A DNA stretch of 64,000 nucleotides from Hypanus sabinus (Eukaryota). The position numbers were made by a program, and so were the translations under genes. Shown piece after piece: positions 51,258 through 61,849 of the stretch. Numbering within the stretch: position 1 is the stretch's first letter; the number at the start of each line of letters is the position of its first letter. The stretch covers positions 121,148,001-121,212,000 of the forward strand of contig NC_082710.1 of NCBI RefSeq assembly GCF_030144855.1, given 5' to 3'. The notes beneath the pieces are model-generated. The model was not told where the DNA came from, ran no database searches, and saw nothing but the letters and a program-made list of their open reading frames with translations.

Positions 51258-51830
51258 TTTCAAAGTACATTTGTTATCAAAGAATCTATACATTATACCA
51301 CCTTGAGATTCATCTCCTTACAGGCAGACACAATACAAGAAACCCCCAAAAAAGTTTTTAAATAACTATCGACAAACACCCAATATGCAGAGAGAAGACA
51401 AAAACAAATAGTACCAACAATAGAAGTAAGCAAAATTAGCATATAGAACAAAAGTAAGTCCTCAGACACGAAGCCTGGAGCAGCCAGAGAAGGCCACAGC
51501 CTCGACCTCAGTGCAGTGCAGAGCGAAGTAAGCATTGCGGATCAGTGAGCAGAACCGACCTTCACCTCTGGTCCTGACACCCTGACTTTTCAATCTATCT
51601 AACCCGGTGTTTAAGTTGTCCAAACATCGGGTTGTTCCTCGCTCTAAGACCTGGAGGCTGTCGCATTGAGACAATCTCGACCTAGATGCTGCGGCCATGT
51701 TTCAGCCCGTACCTGACCTTTCCAAGTTGGCCTGGCATTTAGATCAATCAAGCCTTGCTCTCAGTTTAGATAGATGGGCCCCAAATCTGCCTCTCCTCCT
51801 TTTCTCCAATTTTCCTCTGCTCCACTCATC
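51258..51830 (-). mobile_element. Non-autonomous element with Rex/Babar-type tail
   Basis: Reverse tail 'ttcaaagtacatttgttatcaaagaatc' as at 8436; GC-richer non-coding body with no RT. Confidence 0.5.
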
Positions 51831-52094
51831 CTGACTTTGTCTCAGATATGCCTTAACATCGCTCTGACTTTTTCTCAAACATGCATAGAAAGATCTTCCT
51901 CTCTTTGCTTCTGATGACAGAACAACCAGGTAGTGGCCACTTTTATGACCAGATCCTAATAGATTCTGATGCTTTATCTGTGAAGCTCGAGGCATTTTAA
52001 AGTAAGAATTAATAAGGCAGCTGTCCTTCGTACATCTACTAGAGGCCTAACATTCCCCACTGAATTGACCTAAAATGGACTCAGTATTCTAAAC

Positions 52095-52420
52095 TGGGGT
52101 GCCACAGTAGCGTAGAGTTAGTTTGTTATGATGCTACTACATCTCGGGGCCTCGAAGTTTGGAGTGTCTGATGTCTGATGTCATCTGTACATGCTCCTCG
52201 TGGAACGTGTGTGGTTTTCCCTGGGTATTCAGGTTTCCTCCCACCAAAACTGTACCGCTTAGTAGCTTAATTGGTCAATGTAAGTTGTCCTCTGATTAGG
52301 CTAGGGTTAAATTCGGGTAGGTGGTGGTGGTTTGCTGGGCAGTGTGGCTCAATGAGCGGAAGGGCGTATTTCACACTGTACCTCTATAAATAAACAAACA
52401 TTAAAAATAAATAAATAAAT
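52095..52420 (+). mobile_element. V-SINE/HE1-like SINE with CR1-type tail
   Basis: 'cacagtagcgtagagttag', 'caggtttcctcccacc', 'gaagggcgtatttcacactgtacctctataaataaa'. Confidence 0.75.
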
Positions 52421-53879
52421 TTGAACCTAAAGTGTGCAAAGACAATAAATTGTATTTTATTTGATTGTGAACCATCTTTGGAAAACAGCCCACTAACCCA
52501 TTTTCTTTAGAAGCTCTATTGGTTATGGATGCCTGAATGCCATTCTAAATCAGCCATGAGAGAACTGCGGAGCAGACTCAATGGGCCAAATAGCCTAATA
52601 CTGCTCCCATGTCTTGTAGACTTATTATATTTTTTTATTTTTTTTCATTCACTAAAATACTCAGTTCTGCTCTCCGTAAAATATTTGTGTATTTACCATA
52701 ATCCCTCTGGAACATTGTCCTTCTTCCCATTAAGCATTTGACAAACAGGGCTTATTCTTCTAAATGAAATCTGCTTACAGCAGTTTAGCACCCTCTACAG
52801 TCGTAACATTCACATACTGGCTTTGCTTTGTTTACAACTCTATGGACCCTTCAAACAAGGTTATTTGCAAATAACAATAAAGTTAAGTGGTCCAAACAAT
52901 GATCTCTGCTGGATGCCACTGGTAATTGGCTTCTGATTAGGTCAGAATCTATTGAGAACAATTTTCTAATTCTTGAAATTCAACCAGTTTTTCATTCTTA
53001 AGTCTGAACCACAGAAAAAAATTCAAAACTTCCTACTTAATAGAAGTTTATGAAAGTCTTATGAAGTTCCTTATCAAAATCTACTTGGAAAACATTTAAG
53101 TTTCCCTCGTCCACTGATTTAATTAATTTCCCACAAATTTTTGTATGTTGTCTAGTATATTTTTCCCTCTGGGATTATTGCATGCTAACAATGCATTCAT
53201 GAACAGTCTTGCTGGTTTTAAAGTTTCCAAGTCAATGGAAACTTCCAAGAGGACGCAAAAAAGAGACACATAATAGGTCAGGCACTGGAGGTGGATTATT
53301 CATCGGGCACACTGGTCAGTTAGAGCTCATGAAAAATCACTCAGGAGTAGTCATTCAGTAATCAATTTGACCCAAGACACCAATTTTTGCATTAAAAATT
53401 CAAATCTAATCCATCAGTCCTGATGGTTTCTAATACAAGAAAGGTTAAGCAGAGAAACATTAACTGACTGACAGCTTCTTATTTACCCAAACTAATGTTA
53501 ATTTGGCAATGGGACGGTAATGAAAGTAACAACTATAAATTAGTTGTCCCCGAAAATGTTGGATGGCTGTCCTATGAGGAATTAATATTCATGTCTAGAA
53601 TTGAATGCAAACAGGATGTCAACTTTGTGCTTCCTGATCATTATAATTATTTATAAGAAGAACAAATATTTTCTTCACTTTTCATAAATTGGGTTTAGTG
53701 GACACTTGCATATCTTAAAGCTATCGTGCACATATTATAATTAGCTTAAGAGAAGCAGCGTTTTGGCTGCAGTATGTGGTGCTGACCTGATCTGAAGTAA
53801 AGAGAAGAATGACTATTCATGAGTTTTCAGGTAATGTACTGAAGAAAATGGCGGGGGAGGTGACCCTTTGAGGAATTTT

Positions 53880-53975
53880 TCTGAAGGGTCTCAGCCCCAA
53901 ATGTTGAGTGATTTGCTGAGTTCTACCCACATTGTGAGTTTGTTACTCAAGATTTCCAGACCTGCAGAAACTCTT
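53880..53975 (+). mobile_element. Penelope-like terminal fragment
   Basis: 'tgaagggtctcagccccaaatgttgag...tgctgagttc...agatttccagacctgcagaa'. Confidence 0.55.
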
Positions 53976-54455
53976 AAGTTTATGCTGCCCTTTATCCTAT
54001 AGAAGGAAGATTGCCTTCAAATATATGATAATGGAGGAAAATGCCGTGAAAGTTAAAGGTAGATATATATTTCAGAGGACCAGAATACAGTGCCACTAAA
54101 GGTTTCATTATCTCAAAAGTGATCTAAATCTATACAGCATTCCAAATGCTACTGACTGCTCCAACAAGTTTAACCACAAGCCCACCATATTCCCTATAGC
54201 GTTATTACTTAATAATTAACAAGGTTTGCAGATGTTGTCTATGTAGGTTTTTCAAAGCCCTTGATAAGGACACACTTGCTAGGCTGATTTAGGAAGTTAG
54301 ATTACATGGGATTTAGCATCAACTCACCAACTACATTCAAAATTTACTTGAAAAAAGGCAACAGGGGGTTGTAATAGAGAGCTGAATTTCAGAACGAAGC
54401 TGTGCAACAAATAATGTGCTGCGGGGATCGGTGCTGGATCCCCAGTTATTTCTTA

Positions 54456-55290
54456 TGTAGCCTGGGAAAAATACACACTCAGGATAACAAATAGTTTTTT
54501 GGGTCTTTACTTACTTCATCTATTTTAGATGTTTTAATGTACAAAGAGGGAATGAAAATAAAAGCAACAAAATGAATTTAAAAAAACAGTTCCTGCTATT
54601 ACAATCTCAGCTTAATTTCGGTCCACACCCTTGTGTATCAACTAGTTATGTATGCAGTAAGAAAATAAAAAAAACAAAATATACAAAACCAATACAATAG
54701 TAGCAATTCTTAAAAAAAAACAATGCAAACAGCATTAGAATCCCACCAAGCCTGTACCTTATACACAACATCAAAAAAATATAAATACATCTCATCTTAA
54801 CCAAGAGGTATACTCATTTTGGCACACATGTGCTTATCTTCCAAACATACAGATTAGACCCTGAAGCAAATTCTCTCACTCACTCACAGAGATTCATGTA
54901 TTCACATTACTCCGTTACATTCACATTCAGTCTCAAAACAATTAAGTAAGCCAAAAGTAAATATTTACAAAAACTTTTACAATATATTGCTTCGTAGTCA
55001 AACTACTAGGAAGACTAACCTACTACGCTGATAAGGAACTTGGCACAGCCATGCCATCCAGCACCAATACCTTACTCACAAAAAACTTCCCTCACCATTC
55101 GTCCAGTACTAATGTGGAGAAGAAGCTCCCAGTCTTGATGCTCTTTTTAGAACATTGTAACTCTTCTTTCTACTCAGCATGTGCATAATGATATCGCCAT
55201 TTTTTCTTTAAAGTACAGGCAACATTACCAGGGTGAATACATAAGTGCACTTTAACAATAAAAAATAATATCCAATGGTACCTGGTTACA
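54456..55290. mobile_element. Probable solo LTR (835 bp, AT-rich)
   Basis: Termini TGTAGCC...GGTTACA interrupt the CR1 RT cleanly; TSD degenerate (TCTTA / TTTCA). Confidence 0.6.
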
Positions 55291-56139
55291 TTTCATATAT
55301 ATAGTAACAATTTGGTTGAAAATACTATTAATAAGTTTGTGGATTACACCAGAATTGGTAGTATTGTGAAAATTGATGAAGATTGTACATATAAGGTTAT
55401 ACATAAAATTAATTAAAAGGAAAACAAAGGAGTTGGGAATGTGAGTGTAACTTGGCTTTAACTTTAAGCAAAGTGCACACTTATTATGTGATGTCATGAT
55501 GAGGTATGCCATTATGTAATTTTATAGATAACCCACAGTGCATTATGTAAATAAAAATGCTTAATCAAACATTATATTTACAATATTATTCAAATATTAC
55601 TGAAATATTAAACACACAGTACACCTCCCTGCTTAACTATGAAATTCAACTCAATATAGAATGCATCTCAACTACATATATATTACAATATATGAGACAA
55701 CTATTATAGACAGACATCCACAACACAGTAAATTTCTAATTGTCCCATTTAGGCCCGTGGAAGGTTTCTTACTCTTATGGGATGATGTCTTTCCTGACAA
55801 AATAGGTCATTCTGCTTGGAAGGTGAGACATGTGGCTATGAAAGCAATCTCAGGTTCTAAGGCCTCCTCTGTGGTGATTGTAGGAGTTGACTCTGACAGA
55901 GCAGGAAGTTGTTCTGACAGCTCTGGACACTTTCTTCTTCTTTTCTCTTCTTCCTTTTCAAATTACTGTCTTCTTTTTTCTCACCATCATTTTTAGTTGG
56001 AGTTTCTTAGAAGCATTTCTGCAATTGCACATTTCTTGAGAAATTATATCGAATTTGACCCTTCCACTTCCATAGCACTTACATCATCCTCCTCTTTCTT
56101 TACCTTTTTCTTCTTTCTAGGATGTTCATCTTGATCTTG

Positions 56140-56930
56140 GGAGTTCAACCCGGGTAAGTGTGAAGTAGTTCATTTTGGTAGGTCAAATATGATGGCAGAA
56201 TATAGCATTAATGGTAAGACTCTTGGCAGTGTGGAGGATCAGAGGGATCTTGGGGTCTGAGTCCATAGGACGCTCAAAGCAGCTGCGCATCTTGACACTG
56301 TGGATACGGTGTATTGGCCTTCATCAATCGTGGAATTGAATTCAGGAGCTGAGAGGTGATGTTGCAGCTATATAAGACCCTGGTCAGACCATACTTAGAG
56401 TACTGTGCTCAGTTCTGGTCGTCTCACTACAGGAAGGATGTGGGAACCATAGAAAGGGAGCAGAGGAGATTTACAAGGATGTTGCCTGGATTGGGAAGCA
56501 TGCCTTATGAGAATAGGTTGACTGAATTTGGGCTTTTCTCCTTGGAGCAAAGGAGGATGAAAGGTGACCTGATGGAGGAGTAGAAGATGACGAGAGGCAT
56601 TGATCACGTCGGTAGTCAGAGGCTTTTTCCCAGGGCTGAAATGGTTGCCACAAGAGAACACAGGTTTAAGGTGCTGGGGAGTAGGTACAGAGGAGATGTC
56701 AGGGGTAAGTTTTTTACTCAGAGAGTGGTGAGTGTGTGGAATGGGCTGCCGGCAGCAGTGGTGGAGGTGGATATGATTGGGTCTTTTAAGAGACTCCTGG
56801 CCAGGTATGTGGATCTTAGAAAAATAGGGGGCTATAAGTAAGGCTGGTAATTTCTAAGATAGGGAAATGTTCGGCATAACTTTGTGGGCCAAATGGCCTG
56901 TACTGTGCTGTGGGTTTTCTATGTTTCTTA
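56140..56930 (+). mobile_element. Relatively young 5'-truncated CR1 inside the Gypsy element
   Basis: ORFs 56356..56583 and 56587..56841; tail 'ttttctatgtttct'. Confidence 0.9.
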
Positions 56931-58694
56931 GGTGCATTATTTTAATGGTGTATTCTCTAATTAATATTTCTATTGCTTCCTTTCTGATCTGATCTGTCTT
57001 GGTTTTCTCATCCACAACATCATCTCACAAATGCTCTGTTTTCATATCTCCATTGACCCCTCTTTTTTTTTTTGGCCTTCCATTCACCAAGCTGGGCATC
57101 TACTTCTACAAGCTGCTTTTTGTCTCCCACTTGCAGTTCATGCAATAGTCTTAATTTGCAATGATTCGATTCTGGTTGTTTATACTCACAAAAGCAGAAT
57201 GCTTGCAACTTTCCTGAAGCTCGTTGAACACTCTCCCAGGTTAAAACCAAGCCAGATTTCACAAGTAATGTGCCTGATTAACATACCAGAAGCTTTCTCA
57301 GATGCAATAACTACAGAAACCATTGTAGTCAATCCACTACTTCCATAAATATCACGCTTCCCCTGAACAGCATGGAAATTCCTTGGTCCAATATATTTTC
57401 CAACCAGAGGCGCAGAGGCTAGTACCAACACCTGTTTGCCTTCTGTTGAGCAATAGTTCATGGTGTACTTCATGGAGACAGTTGTGACATCATTCAGTAC
57501 ATTTCTTAATTCACTTTCTGTTGCCTATTTTGCAAGGGATATGACATGCAAATGATGGAGGGATCAATCAAGTTTTAGTTGTCTCAATCGCTCACATTTC
57601 CACAATGCTGGCCCTACTATTTTTACCAGATACAAGCCCAATGTGTCTTGATGGTTGTCGTATCAGATGTTATTCTCACAGGAGTTATCTTTTCTCCAGT
57701 ATAAATTCTAAGTTGGGAATTTACAGGCTTTGAAATGTTATTCAAATTCTTTTTGTGGAATGGCTGAAACAGAAGAGCAGGTTCAATTCTATTTCAATTA
57801 ATTTGCCATTCACTTATCATGTAAGCCATATTGCTTGTTGATTTTTTTTAGCTTTCTTTGTAAGTCTCAAGACTACTCGGTCCTGTGTCTCTCTCACAAT
57901 TACCATAGTTTTCATCAACAGCATGCAGATCAGTGTTCTTTTTGAAACCGCAACTTGACATTTTATTTTTATCTCTTCTCTGTGCAGTCCATTTATTTTT
58001 GTCTGCTTTTTGCATGTGTTCTACATTGTTGCATTTTCTGCAAGTTTCACATTTAAATCTGTCTTAGTATGTTGTATGTAAGCCCCTGCCACAATGGAAG
58101 CACAATTTGTTTGGCCAGGCAGGCCTCGGTCTAGATCCTGTAATTTCGTTCACACTAATTTTCATTCCTAATTGCAGCACAATTTTATGTCTTTCTTCTG
58201 TTTCCACTGATACAGCTATTTCAACTGTTCTTTAAAATGTAAGTTGTGCTTCAATTATGAGCCATTTTGGAAAGTTTTCTTGGAAGATTCCACAAACTAA
58301 ATGATTCCTCAATGCACCATTAACCCCTCAATGCTCAGCCAATCTCTTTAAATCAGCCACATATGCTGGACTGCACTCCCCTTCCTTTTGATTACAGTTA
58401 CGAAACCTCAAGCATTCTCCATTCAACTGTATTCTCAGTTCTAAATGTTCCAGCATTACCTTCATGATATCAGCAAAGTGAATTTCAGCAATTAGAACAA
58501 TTAAACTTCTAAGCAAACTGTATGCCTTTAAATCCAACATACTCATAAAAATTGACATTCAGTTCTCATTGGTTATTTCACTTGCTTCACAATTAGCTCA
58601 GCATTCATGAGCTAGTTATCCATTGCGTGATGGAGCGCATCTGTCTTTCTGATGTAGCCACATGTTTCTGCTCTTTTTTTCAATGCTTATTAGG

Positions 58695-59620
58695 GTTAGG
58701 CCTCAATAGCTCCTTGTTCAATTGGATCCTCAATTTCTTCACTTGCAGGCTACAATCATTTTGGATTTGCAACAACATCTCCTCCACTATTTCCATCAGC
58801 AAAGGTGCACCAGAAGGCTGGATGTTTAGCTCTCTGCTCTATTCACTTTACATTTATGACTGTGTGGCTCAGCACAGCTCCGGTGCCATACTCAAGCATG
58901 CTGAAGACAGCACTGTAGTAGGCTGAATCCAAGGTTGGGATTGAACAGCAGAGCAACTGAAACTCTTGCTGAGTGATGCTACAACAATAACCTCTTATTG
59001 AATGTCAGCAAGATCAAGGAGCTGATTATTGACTTCAATGGGAGGAATTAGAAGTCCATGAGCCAGTCCTCATTATAAGATCAGTGGAGGAGAGGGTTAG
59101 CAACTTTAAAACCCTCAGGTTCATTATTTCAGAGGACCTATTCTGGGCCCAGCGGGTAAGATCAATTACGAAGAAAGCATGGCAGTGCCTTTACTTCTTT
59201 AGGAGCTTACGAAGATTCGGTATGGCGTCTAAAATTTGGAAAACTTTTGTAGATAAGTAGTGGAGAGATTATTGATTGGCTTCATCACAGCTGGATATGG
59301 AAACAGCAATACCTTTAAATTGAAAAACCTACAAAATGTAGTGGATACTGCCCAGTTCATGACGGGTAAATCCCTTCCCACCATTGAACACATCTCCATG
59401 GAGCACTGTCGCATTTCAGCAGCATCCATTATCAGGGACCACAATCACCCAAATCATGCTCTGTTCTCATGCTGCCGTCAGGAAGAGAGCACGGAAGCCT
59501 CAAGACTCAAACCACCAGGTACAGGTGCCACAGGACTCATGCCACCAGGTTCAGGCACAGGTTCTACCCCTCAACAATCAGGTTCATGAACTAAAAGGAA
59601 TAACGTCACACAATTTGAAA
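58695..59620 (+). mobile_element. Rex1/Babar RT + C-terminus inside the Gypsy leader
   Basis: LGLNSSLFNWILNF.T.R.Q, GAPEG..SSLLYSLY..DC, AASIIRD..HPNHALFS. Confidence 0.85.
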
Positions 59621-61119
59621 CTCTGGAGCACAAAATTAATTGAAAGGAAGACAAAGGAGTTGGTAATGTGAGTCAAACATCACTTTTACTTAAAGTGAGG
59701 CGCGCACTTATCACATGGTGTCAGGAAGGCATGTGCAAGACGCACTTTTACAGTAATCCACAGTGGATTATGTAAACAATAAAGAATGTTTAATCAAACA
59801 ATATATTTACAATATTGCTCAAATATTACTGAAATATTAAGCACACAACAGTAACAACAGCATTGAGCTGAACTGCAGAAATGAGCCAAGGAATGGTCAA
59901 TAGAATTTAAATCAGTCTAGTGCAAAATAGGAAAATAGGACAAGACATATTCAGTGAATTACAAGGCCTGGGGGAATGCTGTAAAACAGAGAGACTCAGG
60001 GGTATGTATACATTGTTCCCTGTTAGTGGAGAAAAAGATATTGAGTGTAATGAAGAAAATATATGGTACACTATCCTTCATTGTTTGGAGCTCTGAGTAC
60101 AAGAGTTGGGATTGCATGTTACAGTCGTACAAAGTGGTGGTGAGACTGCACTTGAAGTGTTTTGTGCAGTTCTTGTTGCCATGCTGTAGAAAGAATGTGA
60201 TTAAGCAAGAAAAGATGCAGAAAAGATTCACGAGGATGTTGGAGGGACTGGAATGTTTCTATTATAGGAAGAGACTGGATAGGCTGAGATTGTTTTCCCT
60301 GGGACAAAAGTGATTCAGGGATGAACTTGTGGAGGTGTATAATAGGGTAGATAGTTCTCAAGATGCTGAGTCTATGGAAGAAAACAGTCAGTTGTAGTGT
60401 TAGAGGTGGGAAGGATAACATTTTAAAAATTTAGATAGGTACATGGGTAGGAAAGATTCAGGAGGATATTAGGCAAATGCAGACAATTTTGTCTAGCACC
60501 TTTGTCAGCATGGATGAGTAGGGCCGACGGGTTTGTTTCTATGTGTATAAGTCATTCTCTATAACTAATCGCCATCAGTTAGGACTTAACCCTTTCACAT
60601 TATTCTCAGATCTTTAGTCCTTTTCACTCTTGCAGGTCTCACAGCTTGCACATGCTACTAGCTATTCAACACTGACAACACCTTTCTCAGACAGGTATCC
60701 TGGCACAGAACAGGAAGCAACAAGATCTCAATAAAAGCAGAGGGATGAACCCACACTTGCTGATCACAGTGTAGGGGACATGCTTGCCCATTCATTAAAG
60801 AAGCAATGACCAATTGTCAGGCAGAAACCATTAAACTTAAGGTGTCATTTTTCTCAAGTCCCATTTCTCTATCATCCTTAGTTTGTACTTACAAACTACG
60901 GTTGCTGTAACCTTAGTGCACTGCTCTTTGTTTCGCACAGTCTAATCCCTGTCACATTTCCATTTCAACACCCAAGATCATCAACCTGTTTAGGTGCTGG
61001 AAGAACAGATTGATTTATGTAATATTGCGTGTGTATCCCTTGAAGAACTATTCCAGTAGTATGAACACTTTATCTGAGCATGATCAATCTCCTAAGTGGT
61101 TATTCTCTTAAAGGAGAAT

Positions 61120-61443
61120 ACTTGTTTAATGTGGGGAGGCTGATGCACGGGCAGGCGCCACAAAGTCCATGACAGATTGGGCTCAGGCGTCCACTGAGAG
61201 GGAACGCAAAGTGACTGGGGACCATTCACTGCTGCAGCCTTCCTCCACCTTTACTCACATTGTGATGTGTCACCATCTTCAGCCAGCTTCACTATTGATG
61301 ACTGATTTGATTACTCTATCTTTGGAACCTCCCACTTTACCTTATCACATAGGTGACCCTACCAAGGGCTAAGCTTCAGATGGCATCAGTCTCAGGATCT
61401 CACAAGCCTCTCCACCACGACAAGGTGATAGTCATCCGAGAAG
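61120..61443 (-). mobile_element. RTE-clade LINE 5' end/UTR fragment
   Basis: Minus strand begins 'cttctcggatgactatcaccttgtcgtggtggagaggcttgtg...ggtagggtcacc', similar to RTE/BovB 5' ends (ccttgtcgtgg..ggcttg..agggccacc). Confidence 0.65.
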
Positions 61444-61559
61444 TGAAGAACTGTACCATAGAACTAACAGTTCTTTACATAAATCCTGTTGCACTGCCAG
61501 TTTTGAATAGACTGGAACTGATTTGCCTGCTGGGAGTGGACACTCAGGAAATAAGTGTG

Positions 61560-61845
61560 TGTAGCGGTGTGCAACACGCAGCACTGCGATAAACGACACG
61601 GAGTAGTTGAGCTGCAGTTGCAAAAAAGATTTATTCAAACTTCGCGGCCTCGCTTTAAAACCTTTGTCATCCTGCCATCCCCAGGCAGGAATACTGTAGG
61701 GGGCGCGTATTCACAGTCCCGTCCCGCATGCGGGCTTTTCCCCTTGCTGGTGAAGCAGACTTGGCGCCCTCTTTGGAACCGGCCTCTATGCCGGCGCGCG
61801 CCACTTTGTGAGCTGGTTCGAGTGCGCTGGGAAGTGGTCGCCCCA
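61560..61845 (-). repeat. 3' LTR of young Gypsy
   Basis: Plus-strand TGTAGCG...CGCCCCA; AATAAA on minus strand (tttatt ~61630); adjacent to the PPT. Confidence 0.85.
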
Positions 61846-61849
61846 TAAT

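Larger units (their letters stand above)
55396..59850 (-). mobile_element. Old Gypsy LTR retrotransposon (gag, twin Zn knuckle, protease relic; RT largely absent) with nested LINEs
   Basis: LTR pair ~55396-55623 and ~59630-59850; PPT 'aagcagggagg' at 55624-55634; gag ORF 58328..58558 (AYSLLRSL..RF..NQKEGE..AYVADLKRLAEH); CFHCG..CRKC at ~58005-58110. Confidence 0.8.
54225..60560 (+). mobile_element. One CR1 copy broken into three pieces (54225-54455, 55291-55395, 59851-60560)
   Basis: Collinear RT motifs across the junctions: DVVY..FSKA.DK / GSVLDPQLF | IY...KFVDYTRIG | QKWA..W..EFN / VVRLHL..VQF..; terminal hairpin at ~60520. Confidence 0.75.

Noticed and set aside
57020-57473. Unassigned ORFs inside the old Gypsy element (possible env or captured gene)
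   Set aside because: No signal peptide, TM/fusion motif or known domain visible; most likely scrambled pol-derived sequence.
59501-59555. 25-bp imperfect direct repeat with 30-bp period
   Set aside because: Local duplication inside a Rex/Babar copy; only two units, so not an array or CRISPR.
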